DNA of 64,000 nucleotides, from the IMG/VR virus record IMGVR_UViG_3300043427_003610, positions 20,554 through 84,553 of that record. One strand, given 5' to 3'. The notes under the pieces are model-generated. The model worked only from the letters and a program-made list of their open reading frames with translations, did no database searches and was not told where the DNA came from. A program made the translations under genes and the position numbers. Below are positions 56,015-63,178 of this stretch, one piece after another (the first letter of the stretch is position 1; each line of letters starts with the position of its first letter). Source of the DNA: a virus.

Positions 56015-56055
56015 GAAAAGAAGGTGCCTCTTCAGTAATTGACCGAAGAGGCACC
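56015..56055 (-). terminator. Terminator hairpin with the class A -10 in its loop
   Basis: Minus strand GGTGCCTCTTCGG-tcaatta-CTGAAGAGGCACC then TTCTTTTC. Confidence 0.75.
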
Positions 56056-56063
56056 GTTCTTAC
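56037..56063 (-). promoter_or_regulatory. Class A phage promoter
   Basis: Minus strand GTAAG aacggtgcctcttcg GTCAATT. Confidence 0.75.
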
Positions 56064-56108
56064 AGGGTCGTCCCGACCAGGCGGGTCAGCTCGGGCCCGC
56101 CACCCGTC

Positions 56109-56435
56109 TTATTGGGTCGTAACCGTACTCGAGCCAAGCACGCATCCACAGATGCCGGAGCCGCCATTCTTCGGGTTACAGGAGCACGTGTCGTAGTGCG
56201 ACGTGCCGCCGGTGCTATTGACCGGGTAGCTTCTGAACGGCTGCGGGTAGTGCGGTCCGTGCCCGTCAGGGATCGGCGGCGGGGGCGGCCGATACAGCTC
56301 GCGCAGCCCGCAGAAGCAGCACACCCGCGGGGTCATCGGCGGCCAGACGGTGATGGTGTAGGTGTACGTGCTGTCCGTGTGCCAGCAGTGCTGGCACGGG
56401 GCGGCAGCGTTGTCCATGGGTCCGTTGTCCGTCAT
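56109..56435 (-). CDS. Cys/Pro-rich hypothetical protein
   Basis: CQHCWH..CCFCG..CSCNPKNGGSGICGC; coupled start. Confidence 0.5.
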   Translation of the reverse strand: MTDNGPMDNAAAPCQHCWHTDSTYTYTITVWPPMTPRVCCFCGLRELYRPPPPPIPDGHGPHYPQPFRSYPVNSTGGTSHYDTCSCNPKNGGSGICGCVLGSSTVTTQ

Positions 56436-56677
56436 GGCGCGTCCGACTGGTTCTCGGGACGAGACGCCATGGCCTTCTTGGCGAAGAAGGAGGCTTCCTC
56501 GAGCTTGGTGCGCACGATCGACATCTCGCGACCGTCGACACCACAGACGGACTCGAGATCATTAAGGAAGGCGGTGAATAGGTACGCCAGCTCGCGCGCC
56601 TTTGCGATGCCGGGACCGTTCAGGATGTGGACGGCGAATTCACTGCGGATCGGGACGGTCTGCGACGCTTCATTCAT
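56432..56677 (-). CDS. Acb2/Tad1-like helical-hairpin protein
   Basis: REMSIVRTKLEEASFFAKKAMA resembles the RE.slAitkLEEA.mwa.kai family motif. Confidence 0.6.
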   Translation of the reverse strand: MNEASQTVPIRSEFAVHILNGPGIAKARELAYLFTAFLNDLESVCGVDGREMSIVRTKLEEASFFAKKAMASRPENQSDAP

Positions 56678-56831
56678 TGGGTGTGTCTTGGTTAGTGGTG
56701 TCCTGCAACTTGCGGCGCACACTCACGCGCTCGCTCTTTCGCTTGTCCTTCGCCCGCTGGTGCTTGTGCGGCTTGCAGAGCAGGCAGCCAGCACGACTGG
56801 ACTTGGGCTTCTTGCGCTTGTGGTGGGCCAT
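56670..56831 (-). CDS. Small basic protein
   Basis: MAHHKRKKPK..GCLLCKPHK; SD AGGT; overlap coupling. Confidence 0.5.
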   Translation of the reverse strand: MAHHKRKKPKSSRAGCLLCKPHKHQRAKDKRKSERVSVRRKLQDTTNQDTPNE

Positions 56832-56833
56832 AC

Positions 56834-57118
56834 CTACTGCACCGTTTCGTACGTCGCCTCGAAGATCTGCGGCTTGCACGGATAGAACTCGCCCTCAATC
56901 CCGCGAACGATGTAGTCGCCCGGCTGGGCCCACATCGTGCCTTCGAGGGTTTCAATGCTGAGCGACGTGCGAGTCTCGCCGGTGTCGTAGGTGATGGAGA
57001 CACTGCCGCAGGGTTGCCCACCGCGGGCGACGATCCAGTCATTGACGGCCTGAATGGTCCCGTCACCGACGTACTGCAGGGCTTCGATCACGACCGGCTT
57101 CTTGCGATAGTGGGGCAT
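56834..57118 (-). CDS. PGDYG-like conserved phage protein
   Basis: YRKKPVVIEA..TLEG.M.AQPGDYIVRG..GEFYPCKP.IF..TYE. Confidence 0.8.
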   Translation of the reverse strand: MPHYRKKPVVIEALQYVGDGTIQAVNDWIVARGGQPCGSVSITYDTGETRTSLSIETLEGTMWAQPGDYIVRGIEGEFYPCKPQIFEATYETVQ

Positions 57119-57121
57119 GGA

Positions 57122-57292
57122 CTAGCGGACCTTCACGCAAGACATCGACGTCGACCAGGTGTAGCACACCACGCCATCCGCCGGAAAGGGATGTACCCGC
57201 ACAGTGGACACCGCGACCGTGGCAATACGACCGCACCCGGCCAGCAGCGGTACTAGGACCAGGGCACCAACCAGCAACAGCTTCTTCGACAT
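57122..57292 (-). CDS. Small lipoprotein
   Basis: MSKKLLLVGALVLVPLLAG-C lipobox. Confidence 0.65.
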   Translation of the reverse strand: MSKKLLLVGALVLVPLLAGCGRIATVAVSTVRVHPFPADGVVCYTWSTSMSCVKVR

Positions 57293-57310
57293 GGGATGTG
57301 GGTTAGGGTA

Positions 57311-57351
57311 GAAAAGACAGCGCCTCTTCAGGAATGACTGAAGAGGCGCTG
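57311..57351 (-). terminator. Terminator after RNR with the class A -10 in its loop
   Basis: Minus strand CAGCGCCTCTTCAG-tcattc-CTGAAGAGGCGCTG then TCTTTTC. Confidence 0.78.
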
Positions 57352-57358
57352 TTCTTAC
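57332..57358 (-). promoter_or_regulatory. Class A phage promoter (variant -10 GTCATT)
   Basis: Minus strand GTAAG aacagcgcctcttca GTCATT. Confidence 0.68.
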
Positions 57359-57360
57359 AA

Positions 57361-59334
57361 CTAGATGACACAACCGTCGTTGCTACAGTACTTCTCCTGC
57401 TCGGCCGCCTCGTGCGTGGACCCGAAGTGGAGCTGGCCCAGCGCATCGACTCGGCGCTGGTACTCCGCCTCATCGATTCCCTCGTACGGCATCTGCGGAT
57501 ACGCTCCGGCCTCGAACTTGGGCAGGAACGACACGCCCTTCAGCTGGTACTGGAAGTAATCAAGCGCGTGGCTGATCTGCGCACCTTCGGTCTTGGGATC
57601 GAAGGTGATAGTCGCCGACACCTGGTTGTCCGCCCAGTACTTCTGGAGGAACGCGGCCATCGAGAGCTGCTCCCACATCGACACCTGGCTGGTGGTACGC
57701 AGCGGCTCGTGGATCTTGACCGGGATCTCGACCACGAGCGTCGAGTCTTCGCTGCCGAACGCGGGCTCGAGCGGGTAGCCCGCAGCCCGAAGCGGCTCGA
57801 TCAAGTCCGAGAACTTGGAGAGCCGCATGCGACGGATGTAGGTCGTCGCCTCCGGCCAGTGCATGCCCGGGGTGGCCCCGGCCAGCAGCGACACGGAACC
57901 CGACGGCTTGACGGACGTCACCTTTACCGACTTCGGAATGGTGAGCCAGTCCGAGTACACGTCGTCGTAGTAGCGAACCGTCTTGTAACCCACCTCACAC
58001 CACTGGCGGTACTGCTCGATGCCGAACTTGGCGACCGCCTGCTGAATCCCCGACTGCGAGAGCCCGATGCGGCGGTTGCGGAGCAGCACCCGGTTGGTCC
58101 GCGCCCAGGGCGTCTTGCCGAGGGTCACGGTCTTGCCGTAGAGGTACGCGAACTTGAGGGTCCGCTTGTAGTCTTCCAGGTCCGTGTGGTTGGCCGGGAA
58201 GGTCTCGACCAGGCAGCACAGCTCGTAGCTCTCGAGCGACTGCTCGACGCACGGGTTGGCCCCCGCCACGCGCTTGTCCTTGAAGTCCGGCGCATCACCC
58301 ATGCGGCCGTAGTCGCGCATGTTGTCGAGCCACGCATATCCCGGCTCGCCGTTGAGCGCCACGCGCTCCGCCGACGGGCCGTAGTCCATGCCCAGCTCGG
58401 CGAAGATCGAGTTGTTGCTCGTCCAGCCGTACTCGGCGCGGTGCGGGTTGACCTCGTAGTTCTTGAGGTCGAGGAACTCCTCGCTGGTCGGCTCACCGAA
58501 CGCGATCTCGGCCGTGCGGCGGACGTTGCCCGCCACCACGCACTTCCCGATCAGGTTCTGGATGTCGACAATGTTCGTCACCGAGATCGGCTTGCCAGCC
58601 GCCGCGTTCAGCACGCCCCGAATGGCGTCGTGCATCTGCTTGAGCGGCTCGTAGCCCGACGCGACACCACCGAAGCCCTTGATGGGCTCGCCAGCCGCAC
58701 GAATCAGCGAGTAGTCAAACTCGACCGGCCCCGAGCCCGCCACGAAGTAGGACTCGAGCAGCACCTTGAGCGACTCGACCCAGCCCTCGCGGGTGTCGGG
58801 AATCTGGAACAGCACGGGCTGCCCGGTGGGCGCGTTAACCGTCAGCTTACCGGCACCCTTGGTGTCGAAGCCGACGCCGATGCCGAGCATCGAGGCGTCC
58901 ATGAGGAACGTGAACGGATCGGCCAGGTCCTTCTCCAGGTTCACCGTGGAGACGAAGGCGCAGTTGTTGAGGGCCGCATAGAGGTCCTTGTCCATGGTCA
59001 GGCTGGACCCCATGGCCCAGAGTCCCCGACCAGGCGGCAGGAACTTCATGTTCCAAATGCGGTCGAACATTTCCTGGGCCGAGCGCTGCGCCTTGCGGTC
59101 GCTCCAGCCGAGGTTGTGCTCGTTGATCCAGCGCTTCTGCATGGTGTAGGTGCCCTCGACGACACGGCGCACCGTCTCATGCCACTGCTCCTGGGTCCCG
59201 TCCTCCTTGAGTCTCGAATAGGTACGAAGGTAGACCAGCTCGCCGAGGCCGTTAAAGCCGAAGGGCGGGGTCTTAGAGGCGTAAGATTCCACAAAGGAAT
59301 CCACAAGCTTGAACATGACTTCCTTGCGATTCAT
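57361..59334 (-). CDS. nrdJ: Class II (adenosylcobalamin-dependent) monomeric ribonucleotide reductase
   Basis: RTYSR, PPGRGLWAMG, LNNCAF, GNVRRTAEI, ANPCVEQ, VKPSGSVSLLAG and C-terminal CSNDGC; SD GGAGG before ATG 59334. Confidence 0.93.
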   Translation of the reverse strand: MNRKEVMFKLVDSFVESYASKTPPFGFNGLGELVYLRTYSRLKEDGTQEQWHETVRRVVEGTYTMQKRWINEHNLGWSDRKAQRSAQEMFDRIWNMKFLPPGRGLWAMGSSLTMDKDLYAALNNCAFVSTVNLEKDLADPFTFLMDASMLGIGVGFDTKGAGKLTVNAPTGQPVLFQIPDTREGWVESLKVLLESYFVAGSGPVEFDYSLIRAAGEPIKGFGGVASGYEPLKQMHDAIRGVLNAAAGKPISVTNIVDIQNLIGKCVVAGNVRRTAEIAFGEPTSEEFLDLKNYEVNPHRAEYGWTSNNSIFAELGMDYGPSAERVALNGEPGYAWLDNMRDYGRMGDAPDFKDKRVAGANPCVEQSLESYELCCLVETFPANHTDLEDYKRTLKFAYLYGKTVTLGKTPWARTNRVLLRNRRIGLSQSGIQQAVAKFGIEQYRQWCEVGYKTVRYYDDVYSDWLTIPKSVKVTSVKPSGSVSLLAGATPGMHWPEATTYIRRMRLSKFSDLIEPLRAAGYPLEPAFGSEDSTLVVEIPVKIHEPLRTTSQVSMWEQLSMAAFLQKYWADNQVSATITFDPKTEGAQISHALDYFQYQLKGVSFLPKFEAGAYPQMPYEGIDEAEYQRRVDALGQLHFGSTHEAAEQEKYCSNDGCVI

Positions 59335-59411
59335 TGAGTTTTCCTCCCGTTGGGCACAGTAGGTCGCCAACGGGGGTGGTTTACGAATTGGGGTGGACAG
59401 CTACGACGGGG

Positions 59412-59759
59412 TCAGGTTTCGAGCAGGACAGCCAGCAGATCTTCGGGGGAGACGTCAATCAACTCGGCCAGCACTTCGACCGCTTCGAGTGCCCTGGCGT
59501 GGTGCTTGTCCGCGGCCTCGGCCACGGTCTCCGGCGTCACGGACTCGAGCAGCTGCGTGTCCTGCTTGATGTCGTTGACGACTTCCGCGAGAGCATTGAG
59601 ACTCTCGATGTATTCGGGGTCCGACACCAGCCCCCACCAGTCGTCTTCGGTCGGAAACCGCCGCGCCAACGCAGCACCCACGATCAGGGTGCTGCGAAGG
59701 CGAGACAGCTCCATGGTGGCCGCGAGCGCGGCGTACGTCAGCTGCGGCTCAGTCGACAC
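59412..59759 (-). CDS. Hypothetical acidic protein
   Basis: Operonic, between SSB and RNR. Confidence 0.55.
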   Translation of the reverse strand: MSTEPQLTYAALAATMELSRLRSTLIVGAALARRFPTEDDWWGLVSDPEYIESLNALAEVVNDIKQDTQLLESVTPETVAEAADKHHARALEAVEVLAELIDVSPEDLLAVLLET

Positions 59760-59762
59760 GGA

Positions 59763-60278
59763 TTAGAACGGGAACGCGGAGTCGTCGTCCTCGTCCTGGA
59801 ACTCGTCCGCGACCGCCGTCGGAGCCGCCGCGGGCTTCTTGGCGCCAGCCGCCGCCTTGGTCGGGGCCGCCTTCTTCGCACCCGAGCCCGCCTCAGCCGC
59901 CGAGAGCGACTGGTAGGCCTTGGTGGCCTCGTCGATCAGCCACTTGCGGAAGCCCCACGCCGCCTGCGTCGGCGAACGAGTGTCCGGCTTCTCCGGGTTG
60001 GCGCCCTTCTCCATGAAAAGGTCGACGATGTTGTCGTAGACCTTGTAGCCGTTATCGTCCATCACGGCCTCGCCCTCCTTGGTCAGCCGCTGCTTCGACG
60101 GGAACGACACGAAGTTGCCCGAGCCATCGTTCTTCTGCTTGAGCCAGCAGCCGCGCACATCGACGACACCAACGAACGACCCGTTCTCCTCGTACCCGAT
60201 CGCCAGGTCGAAGACCATGAGCGAGTTACGGGAGACCGCCTTGCAGTTGTGAACCTTGAAACGCAACGACTTCGCCAT
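59763..60278 (-). CDS. Single-stranded DNA-binding protein (SpoVG-like fold)
   Basis: DVRGCWL..GNFVSFPSK..YDNIV core, Ala/Lys linker and acidic tail DEDDDSAFPF. Confidence 0.7.
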   Translation of the reverse strand: MAKSLRFKVHNCKAVSRNSLMVFDLAIGYEENGSFVGVVDVRGCWLKQKNDGSGNFVSFPSKQRLTKEGEAVMDDNGYKVYDNIVDLFMEKGANPEKPDTRSPTQAAWGFRKWLIDEATKAYQSLSAAEAGSGAKKAAPTKAAAGAKKPAAAPTAVADEFQDEDDDSAFPF

Positions 60279-60315
60279 ACGGAAAACCTCGAGGGATGAA
60301 GTGGACCTGCCTAGA

Positions 60316-60342
60316 AATTGACGGAGAGAACGGGAACCTTAC
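60316..60342 (-). promoter_or_regulatory. Class A phage promoter
   Basis: Minus strand GTAAG gttcccgttctctcc GTCAATT upstream of SSB. Confidence 0.75.
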
Positions 60343-60518
60343 ACGATGAGTGCGTAGCTGCCGTTACTGATCGTGATAGTGGTGCTGTTGGAGTACGTGA
60401 AGGCGTACGAGGTGGAATACCAATTGGTGGTGTAGGTGCTCACCGGCTTGGGCGGCTCCGGCTCCGCTTCCAGCTTCGGCAGCAGAAGCGCCATCACGTC
60501 ATCGTGCACGTCCTTCAT
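60339..60518 (-). CDS. Small hypothetical protein
   Basis: ATGA-coupled (MKDVHD...). Confidence 0.45.
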   Translation of the reverse strand: MKDVHDDVMALLLPKLEAEPEPPKPVSTYTTNWYSTSYAFTYSNSTTITISNGSYALIV

Positions 60519-60907
60519 TCGACGCTCTCTTCGGCCGGACGGGCCATCTCTGCCGCATGCCACTCCCGCACCGACGCGAGCGCCGCCGCCATGTTCGGGA
60601 AGTCGTGCAGTCGGCTCGGCCCGAAGACGTACGAGTAGACGCTCACGGTCGGCTCGTTCCGCCCGGCCCTGAAGTCGAAGTAGGTGGGCCAGTGCACCGA
60701 CACCGCTCCTTCACTCGACTTGCAATAGCCGTCGGTCGTCGCGAAGTAGTGGTCGTACGCTTCCTTGAGCAGCCGCTGGATCTCCGCGACTCCGGCAGCG
60801 ATATCGGTGGGCTCAGGGGGATTCATGGCACCGAACAGGGCATCCTTGAGCCAGCTCATGTCCACGTGGACGGTCTGCGTCGGGGGCTTGGTTTCGTCAG
60901 TCATCAT
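60515..60907 (-). CDS. Hypothetical protein
   Basis: SD GGAGG, coupled start MMTDE. Confidence 0.55.
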   Translation of the reverse strand: MMTDETKPPTQTVHVDMSWLKDALFGAMNPPEPTDIAAGVAEIQRLLKEAYDHYFATTDGYCKSSEGAVSVHWPTYFDFRAGRNEPTVSVYSYVFGPSRLHDFPNMAAALASVREWHAAEMARPAEESVE

Positions 60908-61896
60908 TCCTCCGCTTTGGCGCGTTCCTGCTCGGGGAAGCACGCCGTGTTGTAGAAGGCGCAGTTCTTACAGAGCCACGACTTGTCTGCGGGCACGACG
61001 TCCGGGACCTCGCGCAGGTTGAGCGCGCGGTACCAGCTGAGCGCCCGAGGCCGGATGTAGTCTTCGATCTCCTGCATCGTCCACACGGGCACGTTGTCCA
61101 GGTCGTACAGCGTGACCTTGCCGCGCTCCTTATGGGCAATCCGGCCGCCGCTCACCGGGTGCGACATCATGGCGATGCCCTGGATGTAGAGCCGGGTCGG
61201 CGACGGGAAGGTCTTGCCCCTGAGCTTCTTGAGCCCATGGGTCTCGAAGGCCTGGTGCACTTCGTCCGGAATCGGGGTGCGGCCGATCAGGAAGCGGTAG
61301 ATGTTGAGCTGAGCAATCCAGGAGTCCTGCAGGTTCTTACTGTACGTCCCCGGCGTCGAGCCCTTGATCATCATCTCGACTTTCTTGTCGGCCATCGACT
61401 TACAGTCCACCAGGGTGCGCGTCACCGGGTTGTAGGCGTCGCACGTGCCGCGAACGGTGATCGTCAAGTCCTTGGACGAGTCGTAGTCGCCAGTGAACTG
61501 TCCATGCTCGTCGAAGACCGGGGCAGGGAGCGGATAGGCGAGGTTGGTCGCCATCCGGATCTCCTGCAGCCAGCCAAAGGGCTCGATGATGTCCGCTGCG
61601 CCTTCGACGATCGAGTGGGCATGGGTGCCGCGGAACGGCCAGTAGCGCTTCTGCGGCAGGTCGTAGAAGTCCTCGTACCGCTCGAACATCACCTGGCGGG
61701 CGCAGCCACTCCCGGCCAGCATCGAGGCCGAGATGTAGTCGCCCTGGTGGTAGTTCCCGGTATCCGACTTCCACATGGCCGCGAGCAGCGGGGCGGTCAC
61801 GCACGGCGTCTTGCACTGCGTCAGGCAGTAGTTGACCTCGTTCTGGCGTCCCGGCTCTTCACCACCAGGCGGGCAGACATAGCCAATCAGCGGCAT
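60904..61896 (-). CDS. Cas4-like PD-(D/E)XK exonuclease with Fe-S Cys motif
   Basis: ISASML..CARQ, RGTHAH, GTCD..LVDCKS, QLNIY, CKNCAFYNTAC. Confidence 0.8.
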   Translation of the reverse strand: MPLIGYVCPPGGEEPGRQNEVNYCLTQCKTPCVTAPLLAAMWKSDTGNYHQGDYISASMLAGSGCARQVMFERYEDFYDLPQKRYWPFRGTHAHSIVEGAADIIEPFGWLQEIRMATNLAYPLPAPVFDEHGQFTGDYDSSKDLTITVRGTCDAYNPVTRTLVDCKSMADKKVEMMIKGSTPGTYSKNLQDSWIAQLNIYRFLIGRTPIPDEVHQAFETHGLKKLRGKTFPSPTRLYIQGIAMMSHPVSGGRIAHKERGKVTLYDLDNVPVWTMQEIEDYIRPRALSWYRALNLREVPDVVPADKSWLCKNCAFYNTACFPEQERAKAEE

Positions 61897-61897
61897 C

Positions 61898-62119
61898 TCA
61901 GTATTCCTCTCGCACAGCGATGGTCTGGAACAACGAGGGGTTGACCAGCTTGGGCTCGCCCGTGGTCGTGTGGACGACGAATTCGCGGTCCGTGCCGACC
62001 GCCTCGTCGATCATGCGCAAGACCTCGGCGAAATCGTGGTGCCGGGAGAGTTCCATGACTTCGACGGTGTTGGGGCGGGGCGGCTTGGAGAGCGTACGAA
62101 GGCGAAGCGTGAGCGTCAC
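61898..62119 (-). CDS. Small hypothetical protein
   Basis: SD GGAGGT, GTGA coupling. Confidence 0.55.
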   Translation of the reverse strand: MTLTLRLRTLSKPPRPNTVEVMELSRHHDFAEVLRMIDEAVGTDREFVVHTTTGEPKLVNPSLFQTIAVREEY

Positions 62120-62865
62120 ACCACCTCCACGGCGAGGTGATGCCAGCGCGGGGAAAGAAGGCGCTGGGCCTTCTTCTTCGCCCGGTGGATGGCGACGTCG
62201 ATGTAGCGGATGGCGCGGGTCAGGCCGTCCTCGGTCTGGTACCGGGGGTCCTTCTTGACGAACTCCTGGGCGAGGTTCGCCGTCGTTTCACCGTCGCGGT
62301 AGCGGCGAATGAGCCACACAACTTCCTGCGGCTTGAGGTGCCGTGCCAACTCCATCGTGAGTTCCGTCTCGGAGAGTTCGAAGTCGGTCTGCTGCTCGAA
62401 GTCGTAGTAGTGCTCCGAGGCGTCGCGCGGGTAGAGCGACAGCCCATCGTTCTCCTGGCTGCTCTGCAGGTTGGACTCGACCTGCTTTAGGTCTTCCAGG
62501 GCCACGCTGGTCCAGGCGTCCCACTGCAGCTCCTTCACCTGGCTGCCGGTGAGCCGCTGCCGAGTGCGCATGAGCCGGTCGTAGACGTCGCTCTGGCTGC
62601 CGAGCGTCAAGGTCTGCAGGTGGGAGAGCGTCCGACGGAACAGGTCCTTCGAGGTCCAGTCGAACGTGTCCGGGGCATCGACCGAGCCGCCCATGTCGGC
62701 GAAAGCAAGGAACGCCGCCACCGCGCCGTAGTGACGCCACTGCTCTGTGGTCATGCACTGTTCCAGGTGCATGTTGACCTGGCGCTGCACGAAGCCACTG
62801 AATCCACAGGCGCGCGAACCAAGCGCCTGGCACTGCTGAGTCAAACGTGTTTCCGCGTCGATCAC
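62116..62865 (-). CDS. Divergent sigma-70-like transcription factor
   Basis: 249 aa; C-terminal region 4 (LKPQEVVWLIRRYRDGETTANLAQ...IDVAIHRAKKK); N-terminal region 2 is highly diverged. Confidence 0.6.
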   Translation of the reverse strand: MIDAETRLTQQCQALGSRACGFSGFVQRQVNMHLEQCMTTEQWRHYGAVAAFLAFADMGGSVDAPDTFDWTSKDLFRRTLSHLQTLTLGSQSDVYDRLMRTRQRLTGSQVKELQWDAWTSVALEDLKQVESNLQSSQENDGLSLYPRDASEHYYDFEQQTDFELSETELTMELARHLKPQEVVWLIRRYRDGETTANLAQEFVKKDPRYQTEDGLTRAIRYIDVAIHRAKKKAQRLLSPRWHHLAVEVV

Positions 62866-62942
62866 GAGTGACCTCTTTGGTTAAGGGTCACGCATGATTA
62901 CCCAGTGTTTGTGTACGGCAAAGGTCCAGTTGGTTCCAGTTT

Positions 62943-63030
62943 ATGCCAACTTGGTGGGGCGCTAACTGTTGCAGTTACACAAAGTTACAGCAAATAGCGC
63001 TATCGGCTCATGGCAATGCCAACTTGGTGG
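62943..63030. promoter_or_regulatory. Operator-like repeats upstream of the sigma-like gene
   Basis: ATGCCAACTTGGTGG at 62943 and 63016; AGTTACA twice at 62973 and 62983. Confidence 0.6.
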
Positions 63031-63178
63031 TTTCAGTAGTCGATTTCGTGGGTGTATTCGGGCGGAGGTGTGCGAGGTTCTGCGAACACTGGTGGCTTCC
63101 ACCGCGCAGAAAAAAAAGCAGCCGAGGCGCGCACGGGCAGCTCGGCTACTGATTCAGTTGTAAGACGACGGGCCGCTA

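Noticed and set aside
60904-61896. CRISPR-Cas locus suggested by the Cas4-like gene
   Set aside because: No repeat-spacer array or other cas genes were seen in the window; solo Cas4-like nucleases are common in phages.
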